From a virus (Duplodnaviria > Caudoviricetes), in the IMG/VR virus record IMGVR_UViG_3300014205_007777, positions 5,476 through 69,475 of that record: 64,000 nucleotides of DNA. One strand, 5' to 3'. This document shows, in pieces, positions 29,029 through 38,225 of the stretch (its first letter is position 1; every line of letters begins with the position of its first letter). A program made the translations under genes and the position numbers. The notes beneath the pieces are model-generated. The model was given only the letters and a program-made list of their open reading frames with translations. It made no database searches and was not told where the DNA came from.

Positions 29029-29260
29029 TTTTACCCTCCTTTACCAGATAATCAATAACATCCTGGACTGTAATAAATTTCTCCGCGACCTCATCCGTAA
29101 CAATTACCATATACCTCGTCTCGAGAACCATCGCCATCTCTACCAGGTCAAGTGAGTCCGCACCGAGGTCATCTTTAAATTTAGACTCCGGTTTAATATT
29201 CTCTTCCGGCACATCCAGGTTTTTCGCGATAAAACCTATCAAATCACTGATTTTGTCCAT
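29015..29260 (-). CDS. acpP: Acyl carrier protein
   Basis: DDLGADSLDLVEM phosphopantetheine motif; overlaps PKS start. Confidence 0.95.
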   Translation of the reverse strand: MDKISDLIGFIAKNLDVPEENIKPESKFKDDLGADSLDLVEMAMVLETRYMVIVTDEVAEKFITVQDVIDYLVKEGKIEQG

Positions 29261-29423
29261 AACCCTCTCCTGTATATCTTTTTATTTTTTCTGCATTCTT
29301 ATAGAACCGGGCATGTTCCTCACACACCGGGTAAGTTAAATTTCCCTCTTTCACCATGAATTTACCGGGCTTACCACAGGGTCGGTTGCGGCTGCTCTCA
29401 GACGGGTGTTTACATTTCAACAT

Positions 29424-29612
29424 CTAATCACCTACAGTACGCCTAAAGTCCGCGTCTAAACTTTTCATCTCTTTTCCCAACTGAACAGGCATAAAACAAG
29501 ACTCATGAACCCAGACTATCTTACCCTCGATTTTTGTTTTTGCTATCTCGTTACCCACGAAGATCATTTCTTTACACTTCGGGCATTTCCTAAAATATTT
29601 AGCTGTAGGCAT
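29424..29612 (-). CDS. Small zinc-binding hypothetical protein
   Basis: CPKC...WVHESC. Confidence 0.55.
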   Translation of the reverse strand: MPTAKYFRKCPKCKEMIFVGNEIAKTKIEGKIVWVHESCFMPVQLGKEMKSLDADFRRTVGD

Positions 29613-29631
29613 TATTTACCCCCACAAACAT

Positions 29632-30015
29632 CTATTCGTCGTCTCCGAAATCACTGTGATTAATATCATCACGGTGCTGGCAGTAGTAGCACTTGCACTC
29701 CCGGTACTGCGGTCGGTGTTCCAACTTAAAACTCTCGATTAGACGGTCATAAGCCTTAACCTGTTTCTCCAATACGGCATTTTGCTTCGGTCCATTGTAT
29801 CCCAAACTCGCGATAACCCCGCCACGCAGTTCAAATACCCGCCGGAACTTGGTTATCTCCTCTTCCAGCTCGAGACAGAAGACCGCAGCGTTCTTTAGCT
29901 CCGTGCCCCGATCACTACCCAGAGGTACCTCCGCACTCACCACGAACTTCTCATGTTCATAATTGCTCAAGTTAAACAGACGCTCATAGGTAATCCTTTC
30001 GTTTTCCATACTCAC
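29632..30015 (-). CDS. Hypothetical phage protein
   Basis: YERLFNLSNYEHEKF motif; C-terminal CKCYYC. Confidence 0.55.
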   Translation of the reverse strand: MSMENERITYERLFNLSNYEHEKFVVSAEVPLGSDRGTELKNAAVFCLELEEEITKFRRVFELRGGVIASLGYNGPKQNAVLEKQVKAYDRLIESFKLEHRPQYRECKCYYCQHRDDINHSDFGDDE

Positions 30016-30021
30016 ACTCCT

Positions 30022-30687
30022 TTAAAATTTTAAATACAATAACGCCATGGCAATAAACGAAAACAGGGGAATAGTTAAATTATCATCAATCATAAACCAA
30101 CCCCTTTTTATAGCCGGTGTATATCTCTCGGCAATAACCGCAATAACAGCTCCCACCGCACTTATCCAATAAGGTTTGAAAAAATATGCCAGTAATAAAC
30201 AGGCAAAAAACATACCAAGACTCCCCCACCAGCCCTTCATCTCACGTTTATAGAGTCGATTTCGGATCAAACCTGTGATCGAATCGCCACCAGCCATAAA
30301 TAAAAGCGGTACGATAGCCAGCCATGGTTGATGTAAATATCCCCATCCCACGGCGATTATAGGGATACTAATCGCCGGAAAGTGTATTTCTGCCAGTGCC
30401 TGGGGACGTCCAGAACCGCCCGTACCCCGGAAAGTGGCAGGGCGCTTCCATCTAGCATAAAGTAGTAAAGCAGTAAATCCAGAGGTTAATATTAAGGGCC
30501 ACCAGAATGACGAGAAGACGAAGGGTATTAACATATATCCCACACAACCACCTAAGTGCCCAAACTTACGGCTAACATGATGAGCGATCATACCGGTATC
30601 GTATATTAAATTCGCCAGGTATAGTCCAATCATTACCGCTCCGGTGATAAGCAATACGTAGGGTATTTCATTTAACATGGTAGTCAC
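30022..30687 (-). CDS. CTP-dependent polyprenol/phytol/dolichol kinase family membrane protein
   Basis: SRKFGH, GGDSITGLI, KGWWGS, AE...IDDNLTIPL motifs; about 7 TM helices. Confidence 0.8.
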   Translation of the reverse strand: MTTMLNEIPYVLLITGAVMIGLYLANLIYDTGMIAHHVSRKFGHLGGCVGYMLIPFVFSSFWWPLILTSGFTALLLYARWKRPATFRGTGGSGRPQALAEIHFPAISIPIIAVGWGYLHQPWLAIVPLLFMAGGDSITGLIRNRLYKREMKGWWGSLGMFFACLLLAYFFKPYWISAVGAVIAVIAERYTPAIKRGWFMIDDNLTIPLFSFIAMALLYLKF

Positions 30688-30693
30688 CTGCTT

Positions 30694-31146
30694 CTAAAGA
30701 TTTAAGTTCTTGGCTATCTGATGGAGAAGATCTTCGCAAAGCTGTAATAGTTCCTCACTATCATACTCATCCAGATCCCGGTACGGATCGGTAATAATAA
30801 GCCATTTCTCGGCATAAGCCTTTCGAAAAATACCGGGCATCCTCAAACCATCCATAAACAAATCCACGCCGGTATAGCTGTCATTAGCCATACCCAGGAA
30901 TATAACCTCATTACGGTATTGATCCGGTTTTTCATTGAGTATTTCAAGTTTCCCGCTATGCACCCGGAAATACAGAATAGTATGGTCCGGTCCCGGTCCA
31001 TCACCGTTGCCGGGATCGTCGACCACTAATTTACAAACACGCCCTTCACCGGCCTGTCTCTTTTCTGCCGGTACCTTAGCTACGAACTTATCCTGGAAAG
31101 GCAAAGCCGCTTTCAATATCCGTGTAATATTCGTTTCTTTAGACAC
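30694..31146 (-). CDS. Hypothetical protein, possibly SCP2 lipid-binding-like
   Basis: LYFRVHSGKLEIL...NEVIF pattern loosely resembles SCP2; not verified. Confidence 0.35.
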   Translation of the reverse strand: MSKETNITRILKAALPFQDKFVAKVPAEKRQAGEGRVCKLVVDDPGNGDGPGPDHTILYFRVHSGKLEILNEKPDQYRNEVIFLGMANDSYTGVDLFMDGLRMPGIFRKAYAEKWLIITDPYRDLDEYDSEELLQLCEDLLHQIAKNLNL

Positions 31147-32009
31147 TAACTTCTCCTTGCTATCCTAGAGGTTAAATCCAGTATTTTTTCCTCCGCCCAC
31201 CGTTTCATCCTGGATGACCGCGATACCACATCCTGACTGATCACCTTACCGTGTTTGGACATGATTTTACCGGCCAGGTCGTAAAAGTATGGCTGTAATT
31301 TCGCCATATTATCCACCTGGGGAAGGGATGCAAGAAAAGGTATACCCTGTTCTCCGGCGATTTTTCTCAAATCCATACCCTTCGAAGTAAAGGGATAAAA
31401 AGTAGCACCGCAACGCGGGCATAAACATGACGCCATATTCTCAACAATACCCAAGACAGGTCTTTCTGTGGTACGGAGAAAATCTATTGTTTTCAGTAAA
31501 CCGACACAGGCTATCTCCGATGGTTGGGAAACTAGCACTACACCATAAAGGTCGGGTATGCAGTCAAAAAAAGTAAATGTCTCCTCAGACGTGCTCGGGG
31601 GCAAATCGAGCACAAGCCATTCCGTATCCTGCCAATCCACAACTTTGGTCAGTATATCTGCAATAAACCCGGTCCGGCCCTTATCAATAACTTTATCTCC
31701 GTTACTTAGAGTTCTGATTTTGTCTTCGCTTTGCCAGCCGACACAGGCAGACTCGGTAAACTTCGAAGCCAAAGGAAATATACGTATACCATCAATTATC
31801 GGTGGAATAAGTTTCTCCCTCTCCGTATCCAACTGCAATCGCGGCGGTTCTATACCAAATGCACGGTGTCCGCTTGTCCCTGATATATCTATTTCAAGAT
31901 ACCCGACACGGTTTTTAAAACCATGATCTCTAATTCCCTGGCACAACCCCGCCGAAACCGTTGACTTGCCCACCCCTCCCTTAACTGCAAAAACCGCTAC
32001 TTTTTTCAT
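31146..32009 (-). CDS. Mrp/NBP35-like P-loop ATPase
   Basis: KGGVGKST deviant Walker A, LDLPP, GIVENMASCLCPRCG. Confidence 0.85.
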   Translation of the reverse strand: MKKVAVFAVKGGVGKSTVSAGLCQGIRDHGFKNRVGYLEIDISGTSGHRAFGIEPPRLQLDTEREKLIPPIIDGIRIFPLASKFTESACVGWQSEDKIRTLSNGDKVIDKGRTGFIADILTKVVDWQDTEWLVLDLPPSTSEETFTFFDCIPDLYGVVLVSQPSEIACVGLLKTIDFLRTTERPVLGIVENMASCLCPRCGATFYPFTSKGMDLRKIAGEQGIPFLASLPQVDNMAKLQPYFYDLAGKIMSKHGKVISQDVVSRSSRMKRWAEEKILDLTSRIARRS

Positions 32010-32019
32010 CTATTCTCAC

Positions 32020-32080
32020 TTTACATAATCATTTGACATAACTGGTTGACATAATAATGAAAACTAAAAACTTTACATAA
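32020..32080. repeat. Four 9-bp direct repeats TT(T/G)ACATAA upstream of the lipid operon
   Basis: Copies start at 32020, 32033, 32046, 32072 (13/13/26-bp spacing). Confidence 0.7.
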
Positions 32081-32269
32081 TATTGTTGGGACTATATATA
32101 ATATATAATACTAATACTATATATCTTAATAATACCTCTTTCTTAAGAGTGCAGAGATTTTCTTTAAAAAACCTGTTACCCTCTACCCTAAATTATTTTT
32201 ATGTATTATAACCTTAACAGACAGTTAATAGCAATACCTTTACGTCAGTAAACTAATTTATTTTATCTA

Positions 32270-32298
32270 TTGCATTGAATAGTAAACCGTGTTATACT
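32270..32298 (+). promoter_or_regulatory. sigma70-type promoter
   Basis: TTGCAT-17 bp-TATACT upstream of SD GGAGGT and ATG 32323. Confidence 0.6.
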
Positions 32299-32322
32299 GG
32301 CTTTAAATATCGGAGGTGTATC

Positions 32323-32640
32323 ATGGTTGAGCCTGTTACTATTACCCCGGATCAGAAAAAGGGGTTGTCCGGCATACGGTGGAGCTGGCGTAAGTTGGAA
32401 GAGGCGAAGGACTCGAATGAAATAAAGGCTGTTCTGGCTCAGGTCATGCAGGATGCCAATGATGATGTCCTGGTTACGCTGGCTATCCCGAAAGAGGTTT
32501 ATGTGAGGATCATGGGAAATGCGAAGATAGCTCAGTATTGCGGCGATCTTAAAGAAATGGGTATAGACTCATATATATTCCGCGCCATCCAGGTATATGA
32601 AAATAACGTTAAAGCAATATGGGTTAAACGGCAGATATAG
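32323..32640 (+). CDS. Hypothetical protein
   Basis: ORF track 32275; start moved to ATG behind GGAGGT. Confidence 0.6.
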   Translation: MVEPVTITPDQKKGLSGIRWSWRKLEEAKDSNEIKAVLAQVMQDANDDVLVTLAIPKEVYVRIMGNAKIAQYCGDLKEMGIDSYIFRAIQVYENNVKAIWVKRQI

Positions 32641-32700
32641 GGGTAGGGACGTATTGAATACGTTGTTATTCGAGTATGAAAAACTCGGAAAAACACTTAA

Positions 32701-32961
32701 GTGTTAGTCATGATAAAATGTTCTAAATATCAATTACTAAAATTTATTAATGACCGAAGTATGGTAGAGAATTGGGAAATAGCCCAAGAGTTTGATTTGG
32801 TATTAGAGGGTGTGACGGTAAAATTAATACGTTTAAAAAAACGTGGATTAGTGATAAATTTAAAACCCGGTTTCTGGGAGTTAACCGTTGAAGGTATTGA
32901 GGTGTTAAAATTATATGATAAAAACAAAAAAGACCGAAGAGGAACTTACTCAAGAGCGTGA
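32701..32961 (+). CDS. Winged-helix DNA-binding protein
   Basis: EIAQEF...LIRLKKRGLV...GFWELTVEG. Confidence 0.6.
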   Translation: MLVMIKCSKYQLLKFINDRSMVENWEIAQEFDLVLEGVTVKLIRLKKRGLVINLKPGFWELTVEGIEVLKLYDKNKKDRRGTYSRA

Positions 32962-34246
32962 AGCTGCCGCGAGATTAGCTGAAGAACATCGTAGGGACGG
33001 GGAAGGTCATGAACCCTTAACTCCCGGTCTAATTAAAGAGAATCCTCCTAATCCGGCGGAAGACTTTGCGAGTATAATGTTAACCTACCATATTCCTCAG
33101 GGTGATGTTGAGTCTATCATCAAATACATTAACGATACAGGGAATGACAATATCTACTTCGATATTCCTGAATTAATTGATAAACTAGTGAAATTTCCCC
33201 GTCAGATACCACCGGTTTCCCGCCGGCATATTATGGACCACTGGATAGCGTTGAATAAAATAGCAATACCGGAGAATTATGACAAAACCGTTGAGGCAAC
33301 CCCTAAAGATTACCGTAAAATTTCAGGAAAAGAAAAGTATACCGTTGATGAGAAGGGGGCTATATTAGTCGCTTCCAGTGACGAAAATGCGTTGACGTAT
33401 GCCGAAGCGGAAAAGCTTGCGGAGCGCCGTAAATCGGAATTGAAAGTTACCGTCAATACAGCCGGTCCTAAATATATCTATGATGCGGGTGCCAAAGCTA
33501 TCCGCATGGCCCATGATAATGAACCGGGCGGTACACTGGATGAGGCCAAGGAATTAAAGCGGATAGATGATGCGAATAACGTAAAACCACCGGAGTCACC
33601 GTTTATGCAGACAGAAGACGGGCAATGGGCGCTTGTCCCCGGGGCTAAGTTATCTACTATCGAGATGATGACCTGGCAATCAATGCAAAAAGCGGCCGCG
33701 GCTGGCCAACCGGTAGATATAGTGACAGAATTTGCAAACAGTGCTGAGAAATTAAAGATGATTAGAGACTTATTCGGCGGCGGTAACAGTGTACCCGCTT
33801 ATCTGGCAAGCCCTGAAGCCTTCGCCGCAGCGGTAAAAGCGGCAATGGGCGGCGATAATCAGGCTGTTAATGAATTAAAAATCGAGATCCAGAGATTACG
33901 TGAAGACCAGCACGCCGCTGAACTTCGTCAGCGCGACGAAGCGGTTAATAACTTGCAAACCCTGGTAACAAATGCTAATAATAAAATCAAAGAGCTCGAG
34001 GATAGGATTACTAATGCAAAACCCATGACAGGGAAAACAGCATATGATATAGTGGACAAATTACCGGGGACGATTAAGGATGTATCACAGGATATAAAAA
34101 GTACGATAATTGATGTGATGCGTAGCCCCGGTCCGTTGAACAGAGATCCTTCGAGACGTACCGCTGAATTAGGGAATATGGCGGATAAGATGGAAAGAGT
34201 GGGGAAGATGAAAGACTTCGGCGATTCATGGTTTAATATGAGTTAG
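32915..34246 (+). CDS. Large hypothetical protein with C-terminal coiled coil
   Basis: 443-aa ORF; heptad-rich residues about 315-375. Confidence 0.7.
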   Translation: MIKTKKTEEELTQEREAAARLAEEHRRDGEGHEPLTPGLIKENPPNPAEDFASIMLTYHIPQGDVESIIKYINDTGNDNIYFDIPELIDKLVKFPRQIPPVSRRHIMDHWIALNKIAIPENYDKTVEATPKDYRKISGKEKYTVDEKGAILVASSDENALTYAEAEKLAERRKSELKVTVNTAGPKYIYDAGAKAIRMAHDNEPGGTLDEAKELKRIDDANNVKPPESPFMQTEDGQWALVPGAKLSTIEMMTWQSMQKAAAAGQPVDIVTEFANSAEKLKMIRDLFGGGNSVPAYLASPEAFAAAVKAAMGGDNQAVNELKIEIQRLREDQHAAELRQRDEAVNNLQTLVTNANNKIKELEDRITNAKPMTGKTAYDIVDKLPGTIKDVSQDIKSTIIDVMRSPGPLNRDPSRRTAELGNMADKMERVGKMKDFGDSWFNMS

Positions 34247-34253
34247 TTAACGA

Positions 34254-34328
34254 TGCGAGTTGGAGCAGTGGCAGCTCATCAGGCTCATAATCTGAAGGTC
34301 GTTGGTTCGAATCCAACACTCGCTACCA
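34254..34328 (+). tRNA. tRNA-Met(CAT), initiator-like
   Basis: Cloverleaf: acceptor T-GCGAGT/ACTCGC-T, D-stem GAGC/GCTC, anticodon loop CTCATAA, T-arm GTTGG-TTCGAAT-CCAAC, encoded CCA. Confidence 0.92.
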
Positions 34329-34347
34329 ATAAAAATGGAGTAAAGAT

Positions 34348-35049
34348 ATGAGTCCATTCGGATTACCAAGATTACCCAGGATCGGTGAGAGTCCTATTTC
34401 GGCGGCGGGGGGATTCGTTAAGAGTACGATATCTGATATCAAGAAACTAGCCGAAGATATCGACGAGGGATTAGGTACTATTGATCAAGAATTGACCTCT
34501 ATTACCAGAGAGAAAATACCGGAACAGACTGAATCTCAAGAGCCACAACAGGAAAACTTTGTATCAGATGATTCGACTTACCGTTTCCAACTGGATTTGC
34601 TAATAGATAATGCCACGGACCTTGAAACGGTACACCTTCCGAATAAAGGGCGTATAAATGGTGCTTCGTGTGATTGTATTTCAAAACATGCCCGCATACT
34701 CCGTGCACATGCTAAAGAGACGATCCCGATAGCATCACGCCAGGGGAAAGATACTATTTTCTTTTCTGAATTAGCCAAGTTTGCCGATCATCTAATGCAG
34801 ATTGGCACAAAAGAGGCGGTGGAATCCGGGCAATACGATGACGAATTTTTAGAGAAAGCCGGCGTAATGAGTCGTTACCGTAAAAAGCTCGAAGACCTGC
34901 TCGGGCATACTCATGTCTCTTATAGCCAGCAGTGCGCCACCTGCCCGTCAACGTTGGATTTAAAGGCATTTATTAAGAAAAAAGAGACGGTAGTTGGTAA
35001 GAAAAACACCGAATCCATAGAGGAATCTACCGTTAATATCGAAGCCTAA
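34348..35049 (+). CDS. Hypothetical protein
   Basis: 233-aa ORF with SD GGAG; CDC...H and CATC motifs. Confidence 0.7.
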   Translation: MSPFGLPRLPRIGESPISAAGGFVKSTISDIKKLAEDIDEGLGTIDQELTSITREKIPEQTESQEPQQENFVSDDSTYRFQLDLLIDNATDLETVHLPNKGRINGASCDCISKHARILRAHAKETIPIASRQGKDTIFFSELAKFADHLMQIGTKEAVESGQYDDEFLEKAGVMSRYRKKLEDLLGHTHVSYSQQCATCPSTLDLKAFIKKKETVVGKKNTESIEESTVNIEA

Positions 35050-35089
35050 GCCGTTACAAATTGGCATAAAGGTTTTTTCACCTGGTGAG

Positions 35090-35124
35090 ACGCCCGGATC
35101 AACTAATCCGGGCGTTTTTATTTT
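35090..35124 (+). terminator. Rho-independent terminator
   Basis: ACGCCCGGAT-caacta-ATCCGGGCGT followed by TTTTATTTT. Confidence 0.85.
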
Positions 35125-35211
35125 ATCTGTGCCGGTGTGCGATGTTATTTATATATATCAAAGACTGTTAATATCATCTATATCATCCCAAAATATATTT
35201 TACAAATCCTA

Positions 35212-35239
35212 TTGACAAATACTGGATACATGGTAAAAT
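35212..35239 (+). promoter_or_regulatory. sigma70-type promoter
   Basis: TTGACA-16 bp-TAAAAT with extended TG. Confidence 0.6.
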
Positions 35240-35287
35240 GATAGTAGATTATATTTTATTTTTTGGATCTGGAATTGGAGATGGAAA

Positions 35288-35974
35288 ATGGCAATTTACA
35301 ATGATTTTAGACCTCGAAAATTTGATCAAATATTAGGCCAGGATACAATTACACAAATATTAAAATCTCAAGCTGTAACCGGACATTATCATCACAGCTA
35401 TATGTTTTTCGGTGCTAGTGGAAGCGGGAAAACGAGTACGGCACGTCTCTTGGCCAGTGTCTTGAACTGTGATAGTCCACAAGCCGGCGAACCGTGCGGA
35501 TCGTGTAATAATTGCCGTCTGGTACAGTCCGGCGACCACTGGGACACCATAGAGCTAGACGCTGCTCGTTTCCGGGGGATAGACGACATAAAAGACCTTT
35601 GCTTTAAGGCCAGTTATTCACCTATGGGGAAACATAAAATATACATACTTGACGAGTGTCACATGCTAACAGAGCCGGCATGGGCTTGTCTGCTAAAACT
35701 GTTAGAAGAACCGCCGCCGTATCTCGTATTAATCCTTTGTACTACGGAGTTCGCGAAGATACCGGAAACGATAACAAGCCGCTGTCAGCTCTACCCTTTC
35801 AAGAAGTTAGACGATAGCCTTATCAAGTGTAAATTACAAAGTATCTGTAAGGGTATGGGGATCACCCCGGATGAACGAAGTTTAAATAACATCTGTCAGA
35901 CGTCTTTCGGGAATATGCGCCGGGCCGAAAACACACTAGAACAGTTATGCTGTCAACTAACCGGAGCGAAGTAA
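35288..35974 (+). CDS. dnaX: DNA polymerase III gamma/tau-like clamp-loader AAA+ domain (C-terminally truncated)
   Basis: RPRKFDQILGQ, GASGSGKT, LNC...PCGSCNNC, YILDECHML, TITSRCQ, GNMRRA; ends after AAA+ module at 228 aa. Confidence 0.9.
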   Translation: MAIYNDFRPRKFDQILGQDTITQILKSQAVTGHYHHSYMFFGASGSGKTSTARLLASVLNCDSPQAGEPCGSCNNCRLVQSGDHWDTIELDAARFRGIDDIKDLCFKASYSPMGKHKIYILDECHMLTEPAWACLLKLLEEPPPYLVLILCTTEFAKIPETITSRCQLYPFKKLDDSLIKCKLQSICKGMGITPDERSLNNICQTSFGNMRRAENTLEQLCCQLTGAK

Positions 35975-36405
35975 TGAACGCTTATAAATTAATGCTGGTA
36001 AAAGATGAAAGCATCCATTATCCCGACGATCAGGTTGCCACTGCAGAGACAGTCGCTAAGGTGGCCGCCGGTTATATCGGTAGCCTTGACCGTGAGACCC
36101 TAATAGTGTTAGCTTTAAACACTCAATTACATATAGTCGGTATTAACACGGTATCAATCGGTACTCTGGACATGGCATATTGTCATCCAAGAGAAGTTTA
36201 TAAATTCGCTATTCTCTCCAATGCGTCATCGATCATCATTGCGCATAATCACCCATCCGGGGAAACCAAACCTAGCCAGGCCGATATTGAATTGACTGAT
36301 CGCTTGATAAAAGCCGGGGAGCTGCTAGGTATCACGGTACTAGACCATATAATAATAGGGCTGGAAGGGCGTTATTTGAGTATGAAAAAGGAAGGGTTAA
36401 TTTAG
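35974..36405 (+). CDS. radC: RadC-like JAB/MPN domain protein
   Basis: GTL...HPREVYK.AI..NASSIIIAHNHPSG...PSQADI..T...G..LGI.VLDHII. Confidence 0.9.
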   Translation: MNAYKLMLVKDESIHYPDDQVATAETVAKVAAGYIGSLDRETLIVLALNTQLHIVGINTVSIGTLDMAYCHPREVYKFAILSNASSIIIAHNHPSGETKPSQADIELTDRLIKAGELLGITVLDHIIIGLEGRYLSMKKEGLI

Positions 36406-36456
36406 GTACTGGACTGCGGCATAAGCCGACAGCAGATATAAACACGGAGGGCTAAA

Positions 36457-36801
36457 ATGGCAACAATTTTAATGACTCCCGAAGGAAAAAAAGTAGCAAT
36501 CACGAAGAAGACGGACGTAAATATTTACGAGTCTCCACGCAACCCACCGAACACCGGCACGGCGTACACAGCCGGAACTGACTTGTACGCACATAAGGCA
36601 CGCTCCGGTAAAACTTACTTCTATACCTATTCTTGGTCAATGTGGCAAGGTAGCCAGGATAATTACGAACTGCTAACCGATGGTGAGGCTAAGCAATTTC
36701 TACTCCAAAAAGCTCAAGGCACTGGTTATAATGGCCTTGACCACTCGGAAAAGGAACTAGCTGAGGAATACTTTCCAGGTTTATTTGACGAAGACGCTTA
36801 G
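36457..36801 (+). CDS. Hypothetical protein
   Basis: ORF with SD GGAGG. Confidence 0.65.
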   Translation: MATILMTPEGKKVAITKKTDVNIYESPRNPPNTGTAYTAGTDLYAHKARSGKTYFYTYSWSMWQGSQDNYELLTDGEAKQFLLQKAQGTGYNGLDHSEKELAEEYFPGLFDEDA

Positions 36802-36878
36802 TTAATCCCTTGACCGTTGCCCGGGACCGGCCAGGTCCCGGGTATAGGTGAGCGGATTAAAAATAGGAGTGAGCGAGC

Positions 36879-38225
36879 ATGAGTTACGATATATTTTACG
36901 GTAAGCAGTTTATAAAATTACAGGATACCGGCGAAGTAATTCCCCTTTTCTTGTCTGGATCAAATAACTGTTATGAGATATCTCCGAGTGGCGGGAATGG
37001 CCGGCGTTCAAGAAGCTGGAGTAATATGAACTATTACAATGGCGACCACAAATTAAGTAGTAAGCCGGAGACTATCCTCTTGAACCTTGACGCAGAGCTA
37101 CAAAAGATGTTCAGTCGGCATGATGGGAATACCGAATATTATGACAAGACCGAGCCAGATGAAATAAAAAAGCACTTCGGTTACTACTCTTCAATAGTAG
37201 TTGGCTGCGGTAGTTGTGCCGATACGTCTTGGGATAGATGGAGAAGTCAATTCAGCAACGGTATTAAGTACGCTAAAACCATAGAGGAATTAAACGAACT
37301 TGGAGTCAACCCTTATCTGCATACGCTTGATTATGAGGGATATGAGGGCGCACCAAAAGAGGTTTACCTGAAAACCGAAGCGGAGTATTTCATTGAACTA
37401 CAAAAATGGGAAGATTGGAAAACCCGAAGCGGGAAAGACTTTTGGATTAGTTTCACTCCATTAGACACTGATACCGTGTTGAAACGTTTACATCAAGAGA
37501 ATACCAAAGAGTCTAAACCAAAAGTAGAGGTCAAGCAAGACCATTATTTTGTACTTTCCGATGGTAGTAACGCACTTATCAGATATACAAGCCGGGGGTT
37601 CAAATACGCTTATAATACTTCAAGCGGTAAGAAATTTAGAACAGAGAGCGAAGCGGAGAAATACCGGCAGCAGCTTATCGAAAAGAAGTTATATAAAGCG
37701 GACATCTGGAGAGTCGAAAAGATTAATCAATCTTGCAGCTTTTTAGAGACGGTTAAACCAGTGTCAAAACACGAACAGGAACTAAAGGACTTCACTCAAC
37801 AGGAAAAGGAAAAGGAAGAACTAATAACATCGGGCCGGTTTGTGCGATGTTCAGCTTTATGGCATCCACCCGAAGACAAGGTCAAGGTTATTTTCCAGGG
37901 AAAAGATAGCGAGAAAGCCTATTTTATGAACCGGGCGACCTATCACACTATACCCTACACAGTCAATGCCACGATTGAAGATTACCAGGCTAAAGGCGAA
38001 ATAACCGAATGCAGGACTCTCGATATTTATGACCCGGAGAATGAGCCGGTAAAAGAACTCGAACCGGCAGCTCCTGTTGTTACTACCAAAGAAGTTGTTG
38101 TTCCCTTTTTCCGGGAGTCGGGAAGTGGTATCAAGCAGGTTACTTTCAGCGGTATGTCAGTATGTGGTAAAAAGAAAAAAGTAACAGCTAACCAGAGTAC
38201 TTTCCCTTTTGATATGGGATGTTAG
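36879..38225 (+). CDS. Large hypothetical protein
   Basis: 448-aa ORF with SD AGGAG. Confidence 0.7.
   Translation: MSYDIFYGKQFIKLQDTGEVIPLFLSGSNNCYEISPSGGNGRRSRSWSNMNYYNGDHKLSSKPETILLNLDAELQKMFSRHDGNTEYYDKTEPDEIKKHFGYYSSIVVGCGSCADTSWDRWRSQFSNGIKYAKTIEELNELGVNPYLHTLDYEGYEGAPKEVYLKTEAEYFIELQKWEDWKTRSGKDFWISFTPLDTDTVLKRLHQENTKESKPKVEVKQDHYFVLSDGSNALIRYTSRGFKYAYNTSSGKKFRTESEAEKYRQQLIEKKLYKADIWRVEKINQSCSFLETVKPVSKHEQELKDFTQQEKEKEELITSGRFVRCSALWHPPEDKVKVIFQGKDSEKAYFMNRATYHTIPYTVNATIEDYQAKGEITECRTLDIYDPENEPVKELEPAAPVVTTKEVVVPFFRESGSGIKQVTFSGMSVCGKKKKVTANQSTFPFDMGC

Noticed and set aside
32915-34246. Tape-measure or portal protein
   Set aside because: Only a short coiled coil, no tape-measure repeats or portal motifs, and not next to head or tail genes
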